A program made the translations under genes and the position numbers. DNA of 64,000 nt, taken from assembly GCA_951406725.2 (NCBI GenBank), contig OX597837.1:16802001-16866000 (forward strand), in the 5' to 3' direction. Source of the DNA: Octopus vulgaris (Eukaryota). The notes below the pieces were generated by a model. That model saw only the letters and a program-made list of their open reading frames with translations. It ran no database searches and had not been told where the DNA came from. Positions 13,671 to 26,945 of this stretch are shown here, piece by piece (positions within the stretch are counted from its first letter, which is position 1; every line of letters starts with the position of its first letter).

Positions 13671-16600
13671 ATATTTGTTAGGTGGCATGATTTCTTGTTT
13701 GTATTTGTCAGCTTCCTTAAATACTGAGAACAATTTTTTGTTTTGCCGCTATTTGTATCACTTTTCCTTGCTTCTGAAGTAGGTATTTTTGCAGTCCTAT
13801 GATTGTTATTTTATAATAGTTTTCTAGCTTTATAAGGCCTCTACCACCTTCTATACGTTGTATATATAGCCTTTCTATGTCAGATTTTGGGTGATGCATC
13901 CTAGATCCTGTCATTATTTTTCTTGTTTTCCTATCTATTTTGGTTAGTTCATTTAGCGTCCAGTTAAGGATATTGTAGCTGTAGCTTATAACTGGGACGG
14001 CTAAAGTGTTAATACCTATTATCTTGTTTTTAGCACTGAGCTCTGTTTTTAGTATTGATCTAACTCGTCTACAGTATTCTTTCTTTATTTTCTCTTTCAT
14101 TTGTGTGTGTTGTGTTTTATCTAGCTCATGGATTCCTAATTATTTGTAAGTTTGGCTTTGGTCTAACTATCTTATTTCATTGGCTTTATCTAGTGTGATG
14201 TTGCTACTCTTAACTAGTTTTCCTCTTTTCAGGGTTACTTCGGCGCATTTTTCTAATCCAAATTTCATATCTATTTCTTTGGTGAATCCATGAACTGTCT
14301 TTAATAGTGTTTCCAGCTGTTTGTCATTTGTAGCGTATAGTTTTAGGTCATCCATATATAAAAGGTGGCTGATCGTTTTGCCGTAACATTTATATCCGCA
14401 TCCAGTTCTATTTAGCATATCAGACAGAGGTGACAGTGCCAAGCAGAAAAGGAGTGGAGAGAGCGTGTCTCCCTGAAATATTCCTCTTTTAATGGGGATG
14501 GCTTTGGTTTTCACGAGTCCCTCTTTTGTTCGGACCTGCAGCACTGTCTGCCATTTATTCATAGAGTGTCTTATGTATTTTATAAGTGTTGGTGCTACTT
14601 TGTTAATGGATAGTGTTTCGTGGATCCATGTGTGGGGTATGCTATCAAACGCCTTTCTGTAGTCGATCCAGGCCATACTGAGGCCTTTCTTCTTTCTGTG
14701 GCTGTCTTCAGTTATGGATTTATTGATCATTAGTTGATCTTTACAGCCATATGAGCCTTTGCGGCATCCTTTCTGCTCTTCTGGAAACAGGTTGTTTTCG
14801 TCCAGGTGCTTGTTTAATCATTGTGATATTACTGCAGTGAATGCTTTGTACAATGTAGGGAGACAGGTTATAGGTCTGTAGTTTTCTGGTTTTGCTGTTT
14901 CATTGGATTTGGGAATTAAGATGGTTTTCCCCTTCGTGAGTCATTCAGGCATTGTCTCTGGCCCTGCCAGTATGTTGTTAAAGTTTTCAGCCAGCTTTTT
15001 GTGCATTCCTGTCAGATATTTCAGCCAGAAGTTGGAGATCTTGTCATGCCCAGGTGCCTTCCAGTTGCTTAGTCTTTGCAGTGCCTGGGTTACCTCTTCA
15101 TTTGTTATGGGAGTCCAAAGTTGCTTAGATACTGAGTTTGTTGTTTTAATACTCCTTTTTTTTTTGTTGTTCTTTCGCCGACCATAATTCTTTCCATAAT
15201 TCTTCCACTTCTTCTGTCGTTGGTGCTGCAGTGATGTCTATTTTATTTTTGTCAAGTTCTTGGTAGAACTTTTGGGGGTTGGAGTTGAACTGTTTGTTTT
15301 GTTCAAAGAAACGTTGGCGTTTCTCATACCGGCGGATCCTTTGTGCTTTGGCAAGGATATCTTGCTTTAGCTTTTCTTTTATCTCGGGTAAATCTTTTTC
15401 TGTGATGTTGTATTTGCCCAGTATTTTTGTTTTCTTTTTGTTGCTTAGTAGCGTTGTCTACTGATTTCATTAAGAATCGACAGATCTTTTCTCATTTTTG
15501 GGGGGATGGGGGTGTTATTTATCCACAGTGTTTGTTTGGGTGGTGGTACTCCTGTTTGGATGGGTTTGAGGGAGTATCCAGCTTCTTCTGTGGCTGCAGC
15601 ATATACTAAGTCATTTAGCTCAGTGATATCGCTATTTGTTTCAGTGGCTATTAGTTCTGTGACAGCTAGGTTTATGCTGCTTATAACTGATGTTGTTTTT
15701 TTGTCTATTTTGATTTTTGGGAGGTATGGTCGGTGGTCCATTTTGAGATCTGTGTTTTTCAGTTCTTTGATTATTCTACTTTTTATAGTATCATAATCAT
15801 TAGGCTTCCCTTCGTTGTTTCCAGGTTTTAGATTTGTGTCGCTTTCTTTCTCATTCGTATGTTTGTCTGTCGTGTTTTGGCTTGCCACTTGTCATGCATT
15901 ATTATGCATCCTTACGGTCTGGGTTTGTTGTTTTTTGTTTACATCGTTTTTGTTGGAAATGTTACGTTTGTCTTCGTATTTTACTATCTCAGTGTTGTGG
16001 CTTCTATCTACATTTTCATGATGTATTTTTTCTTTTAAATGTTCTATTTCTATTTCTGATATTTTTTTCGTACGTTAGCTAGTTTATTAGGGTTCATTGC
16101 TGTATCCAAGTATTTGTTTATGTTACTTTTCTTCCATATTTTATATGTATATGTTGTTGTGTTTTCGTTCTTTGGGTAGAGCACTGCTGTAAAGTAAGCG
16201 TGTAGGCTTGAAATGTATTCCTCACGTGTCCATTTATGCCTTTTTGGTTTTATTTGCGGGACATGAGGAACAACGTCCGGCCCATTATTTTGACGGTCGT
16301 CATTTTCGTAGGTCCGTTCATTTCTGTTGTCACATTGTTTTGCACGTGTAGTTTTTCGTACTTTTTGTGAAACAAATTTAAAGTACGTACTTCCCGATTG
16401 TTATTCTTGGGTTGAATAATACCGGTATTCTTTAATTTATTTGTAGTTTTTTTGTACGTGGTGTTTGGGGCCGGAGATGATCTGCTGTTGATGGATCGTA
16501 ATGTATCAAACGTACTGTTTACATGGTTGGAGATGATATTGAGTTAAAATACATTATTTCGTTTGGAAAATAGCAATAAATTTCAATGAGTATTACTTAC

Positions 16601-16720
16601 TCGGATATAGTCCAATCCTTTGTCAGTCATTTTCTGGCTCCATGCGATGTCTTTGTTTCCGATGTGGATAGATTTCGGAGCACTGTTTTATTGCTCTCAC
16701 ATGTTAAACGTCCCCCGGTG
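13671..16720 (-). mobile_element. R4/Dong-like non-LTR retrotransposon, 5' part with RT (disrupted)
   Basis: AWIDYRKAFDSIPH, GIFQGDTLSPLLF, HLLYMDDLKLY, KFGLEKC, HHPKSDIERLYIQRIEGGRGL; the 5' end abuts a (TAA)n tract. Confidence 0.9.
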
Positions 16721-16742
16721 TTATTATTATTATTATTATTAT

Positions 16743-16815
16743 TCAGGTCACTGCCTGGAATCGAACTTGGAATCTTGGGGTTAGTAGCTGCACTCTTAAC
16801 CACTACGCCATATGC
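16743..16815 (-). mobile_element. Short tRNA-derived SINE head with (TAA)n tail
   Basis: tggcgtagtggttaagagtg...gttcgattcc (A/B boxes), then tgaataataat. Confidence 0.65.
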
Positions 16816-17911
16816 ACATCAATTGTAAATAATGTAAAAAATGTACATAATTCCTCATCTCTTAACTATAGAACTGTACATCCCTTTCTATACTACCAGT
16901 TATGTCTTTCTCCTTTGACATCCAGCCCTCTTCTATATCATCCATACTTGCTCATGTTTTGCTTTGATCGCTCTTTGTGTGTTACTAGTTATCTCTCCCT
17001 CATCTTGAACCATTTTCTATTGACATCCATACTTCATTCTTAACTCCATCTCTTATCTGTCATTGACCACCAACCAGACTTTTGTTTGTCACTCTCTTCA
17101 TTTACCCTCTATGTATCTCAACCATCTCCACCCCATCACAATGTCTCTCACTCTCACCACTACTCTCTGCATCATTCCTATATCACCTCCCTATCTTTCA
17201 TCTATCTCATTGCTATATTATTATTATCATTCTGTTGCTCTTCATCCTTTCTGTACTGAGAGTCATTTCCTCAGCTCCCTTGAGCCACTTCTGTTGACAT
17301 CCACCACTTGTTTTTATCACCTTCCTCCAGGCTCATATTTACCAATGAGCATCTCTCCAACCCTGTCCCCAGTAACAACATTACCCCCTGCCTCTATCTT
17401 TGGTTGTCTTTCACCATTATCCATACACCCTTCCTGGTCTGTCCTCACTCTCTCTATCCACCTTCTCATACCTTAGGAATATGCTCAAATATCTTGACAG
17501 GATCATATTTATCCCCTTTTCCAGCTCCCTCAATTCTTCCTACCTACCCTTGTACAATAAGGGGTATCTATAGTCTCACCTCTACAGCAAGAAATGTTCT
17601 TGTACCTTTCTATCATACTTTAATTTCCTATTCAGCCAAAGAGACTCTTTAGTCTTGCAAGTTAATTTCACTAGTGTTGATGCCATGAAAAAAATTACCC
17701 AGCCCACTCTGTAAAATGGATGACATTAGGAAGGGCATCCAGTTATAGAAACCATACCAAAGCAGAATTGGAGCACAACAAAATCCTCTAGTTCTTTAGA
17801 TACTGTCAAACCATCCAACCCATGCTAGCATGGAAGAAGGATTAAATGATGATGATGATGATGACACACACACACAACTACATGTACTCACACACATGCA
17901 CTAATACACAT

Positions 17912-17955
<44 letters not shown>

Positions 17956-19907
17956 ACATGCACTCTTTCACACATGTGTATACACATATGCACAAAGGTA
18001 GAGAGCAAGACAGAATAACAGATAAAAAAAATTAGAGAATAGAATAGGATAGGGAGCGCAAGGGAGGTAGGGTTAAGAGAGAACAAGTTGTGTAACACAC
18101 TCTATTGTCATTGCCAAAATATACACGTTAAGTCATTTTACGTGAAGAAATAAGTTTCCTTTCCTTTTTTCTGTGGACAATGTGTGAATAAATAAATACA
18201 TAAATAAAAACTGTTACTGCTTCTGCTACAGCTGCTATTGCTACTGTTACTGATGATGATGAGGAGGAGGAGCAGGAGCAGGAGCAGGAGCAGGAGGACG
18301 CCAACATCAACACTGAGAAAGAAGATAATTGTGGTGGTGGTGGTGGTGGTGGTGTGGTGGTGATGATGATAATGACAACAAAGGAGGTAGAGATGGAGGT
18401 GGAAGGTGATAGTAGTGCAGTTGGTGGTTAAGATGGTGCTTGTGTGGTGGTGGTGTAACGATGGTGATATGACAAGCAGCAGCAGTCTGTTATAAAACAA
18501 ACTCAAAGACACCAGTACTGTACCTTCAATGATCACAAGTATACAAGCCTCTTTTCTCATGAAGTAAAACCTTGAATTAACTTCCCTAATGCTGGAGTAT
18601 GTAGTCACATGTCTGAAGTGGTGCAGTTGAGATAGTGTAGAGGTGGTGTGGGAGGGTGCATGACAGGTAGAAACAGATCAACATTCATTGAAATTATATA
18701 AAAGAAAATAAAATATACATAACATGAAAATAGTGAATAAGCAAGTCTTTCTCAGCCATTCATTCATTGATTCATTCATTGTGTGCGTTTGTGTGTGGGC
18801 GGGGTGTGAATGTGTCCATGTGTGTATTAATTAGTATATTATGTATATGTATGTATGTATTATGTGTGTGGGAATGTATTACGTATGCATGTATGCTTCT
18901 ATGCATGGGTATGTATATGTGTGTATATACATATATTTGTATGTGTGTAAGTATGAATGTATGCACATGTGTCTCTGTGTGTATACATTGATATATGTGT
19001 GTGATTTTTAAAAAATAACAACTCATAGCTAGTATGATTGTCAGGGTGGATACAATTGGGTGGTGTATGGTATATATCAAGTTTGCAAGGCCTGGATAGA
19101 TAAGATCTTTTCACCTTAGAGCTACTTAAGTATCTACATGTCCTTTGAGCAAGATATCTCACCAACCCCACCAGCCACCTTCCCACACCCAACAGCTATT
19201 TGTTTATGAGTTTTCTCAATAGAAAATTACTATCTCCTTTACCTCTACCACTACCATCACCACCAACACAACCTCTACCACTGCCACCCAACTGCTAATT
19301 CAGTAAACACCCACCTCCCTACTTCCCTCATGAGTAAACTCTCTCCCTACAGCCACCTTCTCTTGGCTTCTCCCAATCACCTCTACCTCTTTACCTCTGA
19401 ACCCCACCTGCCTATTGTTCTGAAGATATTCTGTGTCCTGTTCTACATAGTAGGCACTGAAGTTTAACTCTGTTATACCTGCCTACACACCCATATCCTC
19501 ATTCTTGCCCTCATCTCCCTGCTCTAGTCAGGTTTTTCACAACATTAAATGAAAAGTTTAGAGCAGTTTAGAGACAGCATTTTTTTTCTCTTGGATTAAA
19601 CCAACAATCAGGGACACGTGAGATTTTGCTCTTCTGGAGATGGTGAAATAAACCTATAACTGGAAGTTAACAAAAGTCTGAAGACTTTTTATATAGATAT
19701 CCACAACAGTTTTCATAAGGTTGATTTTATGTCTGCTATCACAAAATTTATTATCACTTGGTAGGATCCAGGTGGATTAGGCAATTCAGAGGTAAGTGTA
19801 TTTGCACCCTATAGAACAACAGGATATGGCCAGCCTGTTTGTTTGCTGATGTTCTCTAAAGATTCCTATTCTGATAAATGCAATCAGCTGAATCCATTGT
19901 TTTATAC

Positions 19908-20182
<275 letters not shown>

Positions 20183-20210
20183 CACCATCATCATTTCTGG
20201 CAAGCTGCAG

Positions 20211-20241
<31 letters not shown>

Positions 20242-20697
20242 CAAACTTTCACTTCACTAAAATATGTTTGTGACATATTTCAATTGCTAAAGGCAAATTC
20301 CATGCAGTTACAGTGGAGAAAAATTCTCTCTTATGGAAAAAAAGTGTAAAATTACCATATTTGTTTAGTGCTGCCACCTATCATATATACATATACATAG
20401 ATATATATATATGTAAATATCTATATATATTTATATATATATGAATATAAGGAAAATAGGACAAGGTAGAAAATGCTAAAATAATTTTATCACGAAGAAC
20501 ATTCTAGTGCTGACTTCAGTCTTCACAACTTTTTCAAGTAAAGCATGGAAAACAATTAAATTATGAAAAAATTAAACGAAATGTTTTTTTAGAATATTTT
20601 CATAGTTTTCAAATATGTGGGACATTTTCTTTTTTTCTGTCTCTCTCTCTCTTTTACTTTTGTGAAGGCTTGGTAGGTAGTAGCAGATATTAATATT

Positions 20698-22748
20698 ATA
20701 TATATGCATGTGTTTATATATGTGTGTATATATATATTACATGCTACACCCTTACTATTTTAAATTTATATATATATCATCATCATTGTTTAACGTCCGC
20801 TTTCCATGCTAGCATATATATATGCAACCCAACCAATTGCAGCCATCTGATTAGGTGACATGAGGCAGTCTCTTCTAAATCTCTGTCTGCACCAATAGCT
20901 TGCTATAAAACTTCAGCGATTCATTGATTTGAAGTCTTTTGCTTCTAGACCTTCTAAGGTCTAACCACTGACCACAGAGCACACAGCCAGTTCCAGTGAC
21001 AAGCACACCAGCTCACATGGAGACTCAACTTCGTCCAGCAGCATCAGGATATCCGTCTCTGTCACCTCCGCCTTAATGTCAACAACATCTCTATGTACAC
21101 AGCAACAATTGCTCAGGTTCAACTCCACACTGTGAATTACTTCACCATGGTTAACTGCAAATACAATTGCAAGAATCTTCCTGCAGCATAGTAGCCACAA
21201 CTTCTTACACGACATGTGCTTCAACCGGCTCTGCTTCTTCACCACAACTTCTTGTTACAGCACTTCAACTATTGTGTACCTTACTACAAACTGGTATTTA
21301 TCATCATTGTGTGTGAACTTTCTTCTAGAGTCCTATTATAAACTCTTTCAATGCTCTGTATTTTATCTCACATGCATGCACCCTTATTTGTACACACATA
21401 CACATTATGTATACATGACAGCCTGTCTGTTGTTATTATTATTATGCATATATGATGCGCACACAGACACACACATGTTAATACCTAAATAAAATCTTCT
21501 CTTTAACCTTCTACCGGTTGTGTCGTTTTTCTTTTCCTGCTGGCACTCATACTCATTTATCCTTTTTGCTTTTATTGTAAGCGACTGTGCAGTGTATTAA
21601 AGGAATCATTCATTTGTCACCTCTCCTGTGCACAGTCGTTCTTATAAGGGCTTTGTTAAGTTGGATAGGAGATATGCTGGAATAATACTGATCTCTAGCT
21701 ACTTGACTGAATTTGTATTTACCTTTGGGGCTTAAGGACTTAAACCATTGGATGGCTTCAGTGGTGTTAATCCAGAGGTTTAGTGTAGTCTTAGAACAAA
21801 GGTGGGGTAGAATTCTATTTAATATAACTTTACTAATCCTACCTGTATCAGAGCTTGAGGGGCAGATGAAGTGAACAAAAGGGTTTGTGGAAAAAGTTTT
21901 TTTATGGTCCTTTAAGTTGATATGCGGTGGTTGAGGTATGGAAGCTTCAGTTCTATCTTCTAAGCAGAGTTTAAAGACAAGATCTTGAGTCTTGAGGTTG
22001 ATATCTCTCAGGGCACAGTCCAGTACAATATAGTACTGTGCAGCTGTTTAAGCATCAATTCCCAGAATGTATCCAATGGTACATTTTATAGGTTGCTAGT
22101 TTTGTCAGTGTGTGTACAAGGATTGCTGGATATTTTTTAAGTTTCCTGATTATATGGTTGATCTTAGTTAGGTGGGGTTGAGAGCTCTTTTTCTGGGTTT
22201 AAATCTGATATTTTTAATCAGATTAGTTAGGCCCTGTTCAAAATTATCCAGATTTCAGTTTTATGGGATCTAAATTCAAAGAGGAAGGCTTGGTGAATCA
22301 GGTTTTTGGAATTGGTTGTGGGGTTGTTGAGAGAGAAAGAAGGCTTTCCACATTTGGTGAATCAGTTCATTGGTACTATGAATCATGAGATTCATATATC
22401 TAGTTATATACGTTAGTGGGATATCCTTTAGTGACAGGTTTAGCTTCATTTTTTTCCATTCCCATGTCTTCCATACTGATAGTGCTCACAGGAGTAAAAA
22501 ATAATAATATATAATTGTAAGATCCAAGGATCTAAGTGTAGGAAGTTAGGAAGCTTTGAGTAGTCCTTAGTAAATATAAAAGAAACCAAAAGAATAAATA
22601 CCAGACTTAAAAATAAACAAATACTGGGGTTGATTTGTTCAACTAAAAGCTTCTTCAAGGCAGTGTCCCAGCATGGCCACAGCCTAATGACTGAAACAAG
22701 TAAAAATAGAAGATAGAAGATAAAAGATATATACATATACATATATAC

Positions 22749-22822
<74 letters not shown>

Positions 22823-23025
22823 GGCATCCTTTTTGTCTCGGAAGACAATGGAGTTGCACATAGAATAATCTAGTCTGGCTTTTACATTTCATGTCCTATA
22901 TATATATATGCTAGCATGGAAAGCGGACGTTAAACGATGATGATGATATATATATAAATTTAAAATAGTAAGGGTGTAGCATGTAATATATATATACACA
23001 CATATATAAACACATGCATATATAT
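20698..23025. repeat. ~125-bp inverted repeats (20698-20823 / 22900-23025) enclosing ~2.1 kb
   Basis: gcatgtgtttatatatg..attacatgctacacccttactattttaaattt..aacgtccgctttccatgctagc is reverse-complemented at 22900-23025. Confidence 0.85.
21640..22300 (-). pseudogene. Penelope-like reverse transcriptase fragment
   Basis: Hand translation: LDNFEQGLTNLIKNIRF..LVHTDKTSNL..INLKDHKKTFSTNP..ICPSSSDTGRISKVIL..LWINTTEAIQWF..YYSSIS..LNKAL. Confidence 0.7.
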
Positions 23026-23031
23026 AAATGT

Positions 23032-23089
<58 letters not shown>

Positions 23090-24755
23090 GAGGTAGAGAG
23101 ACATGGGAAGATAGAGGTATAGCTTTATAGATAGACAAACAGATAAGTAGGTAGACTTCATCACAAAACCAACTGTTTAGTTCACACCCATACCCTTAAC
23201 TACATATGCTTTTCACTTTCTTTTCCATCATTAATAATGACAATATAGAGATTGAAAAAAAGCATTCAAATGTTCTACAGGTTTTGTTTTGAATGGCATT
23301 AACGTTAATTTTTTATTTTCGTTTGTTTGTTTTGTGAAGTATAACCCTCTCTTAAACATGATTCACATATTCTTAAAGGGATTTTAAACTTCAACTCACA
23401 AGCACCAAGTACCCTCACAGCCATAATTTGTGTTCCAAATGTCTCAACTAATATATTTTAAGAGCAGCACTCATAACTCTTCTTTGCAGTTTATTAGTAG
23501 GCACTAGCAAACATAACCAAAATACTAATCCTCAAGGACTCAACTCCTCATTCAAGACTCAACTTAAAATTTTGCAAGTATGTCACACACCATCAGCACA
23601 TATATATTTATACACTTAAAATATATAAAATATATTACACACATAACAACCATTAGCAATACAAAGAAATCCAATTTAAGATTTTGTAGCAAGGATGCTT
23701 TATGTCATCATGACCCTGTAGACACAAACTTTAAATTTGATGACAGAAGCAACAAGTTCAATCCTGCATTGAAGGTAAAACATTGCTAGCTTTCTGTGGT
23801 CATTCTCTGTTTAAAAACTTCAGTACTTATTACTTACCACTGAATAATTACTTCAAACTTCCTGAGTCTTTCTTAATTTCTAAATTTATTACTATTATTA
23901 TAATTTTTCTTTGTATTTATTTTTAACTTCCATCTTAATTTTCATTTCATTTTATTTTATTCTTTACATTTTCACTTTGCTTTCTACCTCTTTTTAACCT
24001 ATAATCATTTATCTTTTTATGTATCTTGTCAGATATCTTTTGTACATTTCCAAATATATTTGATGGATTTTGATATATTTTTGATATTCTTACAAGATCT
24101 TTTTAATATCACCGGTTTATTCTGTCAGTATTTTTTTACTACTTCTAATACTCTTTTACGATTATTTTTTTTTAAATGATTCTTGTAAAACTCTATTTTT
24201 TAAAAATGATTCTTACATAACTCTATTCCTATAGAACCTTATATCTCTATATTAATTATTTCCTTTATTGTTAATTTGCTACTCCCTTTTATCACTTATA
24301 TTTATTTCTTTTCTTTTTAAATCATTTCCTTTATTGATCATCCCTCATTTCAACTTGTTGTTACTTAATACCAGGTCTATTGGATTTGTCATAGACAGAT
24401 CTAAAAAGCCTTTTTTAAAAACTTTTAAATATATGGAACTCAATCTATTGAGAATAGTATATTAAATATAACTGTTACGTACTCAAAAACAAGATATACA
24501 GTTGTAAGGTGTATTGTATGTGTGTATACATGGATGGACATGCGTGAATGTATGCGGATACTATACATGGAGATATATATATGTGTGTGTGTATGTGTGT
24601 ACGTGTGCTTAAGGATATGGGGATATGGTAGTGTATGGATATGTTTACTAGGGTGTAACTGTAGATATGTGTGGAGATGTATGTGTAGATTCATGTATTT
24701 AAAGCTGTGCATAATGAGGTGTACTTGTATATACTCAAGCATGTTAGCGTATATA

Positions 24756-26051
24756 CGAGGGACGTTCAATAAGTAATGCCTCTGACCCATTTGCAGTTGT
24801 TTGATCTAGCTGAAATTTTGCATGTGCAATCAATCATTTATATCTCTATAGAGTAAGTGACAAATTACAGCTCTGAACTAATTGTGGTTTCTGATTTACA
24901 GGTGTTTGAACTGAGTCAAGTGTGAAATGGAGCCTGTTGAGTGTCGAGCAGTGATCCGGTTTTTGTATTTGAAAGGACGCACACCACGGGAGACTTTTGA
25001 TGAAATGAAAGTAACTTATGGTGATGATGCCCCATCATATAACCTTGTAAAACGCTGGGATCGTGAATTCAAACATGGTCGGAACTCTGTGGAAACAGCT
25101 CCCAGATCTGGTCGCCCCCTTCTGCCATTGATGAGGCATCTGTCCGTCAAGTTGAGGCTGCCATTTTGGAAGATCGGCGCATAATTATTCACCAAATAGC
25201 CCATGAGGTCAAGATTAGTACCGGGTCTGTGGAAACTATCATTCATGACCATTTGCATATGCAAAAGGTGTCTGCCAGATGGATTCCCAGGTTGCTCACG
25301 CCTTTCCAGAAGCAAGAACGCGTTGAATGCTCGAGGATGAATTTGAAGATGTGCCAAGAAGCTGAATCAAAATTTTTCAAAAGACTGATTACACAGGATG
25401 AAACCTGGGTCCATCACGATGATCCAGAGACCAAAGCCCAGTCAATGCAGTGGAAGCACCGTGACTCACCCCCTCCAAAGAAGGTAAGGGTGCAGCCCTC
25501 CGCTGGCAAGGTCATGCTCACAGTCTTCTGGGACCAGGACGGAGTAGTGATGACAGATTTCCTAGCAAAGGGCACCACAATTACAGGAGCCTATTATGCT
25601 TCACTTTTGAGGAAATTAAGAGAAGTTATCAAAATCAAGAGGCGGGGCAAGATCAGCAAAGGCATCCTCCTCCTGCAGGACAACGCTCCGGTCCACAACT
25701 CGCTTGTCGCCAGATCAGAAGCACAGGCATATGGCTATGAACTCCTCCCCCATCCCCCCTACTTTCCTGACATTGCACCCTCTGATTTTCACCTCTTCCC
25801 AGTCATGAAGTTGTTTTTGAAAGGAAAGCGTTTCCCAGATGATGCAGCCTTGATTTCTGAAGTCACGTTCAGGTTGGAGGACCAAGCTGGGGTCTTCTAC
25901 AAAAACGGTCTCCAGAGCTGCATCAAACGATGGTAGAAATGCGTAACTCTGGGTGGTTGCTATGTAGAAAAAGACTAATAACTGTACCAAGTTTCGTTGC
26001 TCTACTGCTATAGGAAGTGGGTCAAGGGCATTACTTATTGAACGCCCCTCG
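24756..26051 (+). mobile_element. Full-length mariner (DD34D) DNA transposon
   Basis: TA|cgagggacgttcaataagtaatgcc ... ggcattacttattgaacgcccctcg|TA TIRs; 1296 bp. Confidence 0.97.
24927..25978 (+). pseudogene. Mariner transposase with one frameshift and one premature stop
   Basis: HTH N-terminus, WIPRLL, TQDETW, QDNAP-(34 aa)-PSDF; frameshift near 25118 and TAG at 25934. Confidence 0.95.
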
Positions 26052-26906
26052 TATCTGTATGAGTGCATGTGTATACACCCATATACATATAATATGACTT
26101 TTAAGTAAGTGGATGGACCCATGTAATAGATAAATTTATAAAGCTAGTAATTTTTAGTGGTGAGTTTGGGTAAACTGACCATTCATCACAATGATATCAA
26201 ATTACAACCTTAATCTATAATTCAAAGAGAGGTCAAACTAAGAAATTATTTATGACCACTACCATCTCATCAAAGCCAACATCCTGTTCTTAGCTCTATA
26301 ATATCTTATCTCTTTATCTCTTATTCTACTTCATGTTTTTATTTCTTTTGTTACTTTATTCCAATTTTGCTAAATCTTATTTATATGTGTATCTAACTTT
26401 ATTATCCTTATTTTTACTTTTATTACTCTTGTTTTTACTTCTATTACTTTTAATTCTTACTTTATTTTTTAACTTTTATTTTTTCTTTCTATCTTATACA
26501 CGCTAATTAAATATAAACTCAATCCAATCTATTTAACATTCACTCTATGCTGAATGGTGGTACAGTATGGGCAGATTTTTGAAATCCAACAAACCTTTAT
26601 ACAAATATACCTTTTCGAAGAGATATGATAAACCTATTATAATGGGTAATGTGGACTTTTTATTTTAAGATGTAATCTTTAGACTAACAATGTTTGCGGC
26701 TGAAATGAGCTTTAAACCCTCTTTTATATCAATAATATACCTATGCTGATGTAACAACAGATTGTTTATAAAGCTTGAAACACGTGTAACATGATATCCT
26801 TTGTGTTCTGTTTTTAATTTATGTTTGATATACTCTCTCACCTCTGCCACTATCTGGCATATACAGGTGCTTACACTTATCAAGTATTCACTCTAAACTT
26901 ACAGTG

Positions 26907-26942
<36 letters not shown>

Positions 26943-26945
<3 letters not shown>

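Noticed and set aside
16743-16815. tRNA gene
   Set aside because: A/B boxes are present but there is no good acceptor stem and it ends in (TAA)n; treated as a SINE head.
18520-19800. Possible host exons (minus 18525-18612; donor GAG|GTAAGT near 19791)
   Set aside because: No recognisable protein; the candidate + strand exon has stops in all frames tested.
20500-20545. TTGAAAA-agt..act-GAAG, a possible U3-A8 hammerhead
   Set aside because: GAAA and stem III are broken; at most a decayed copy.
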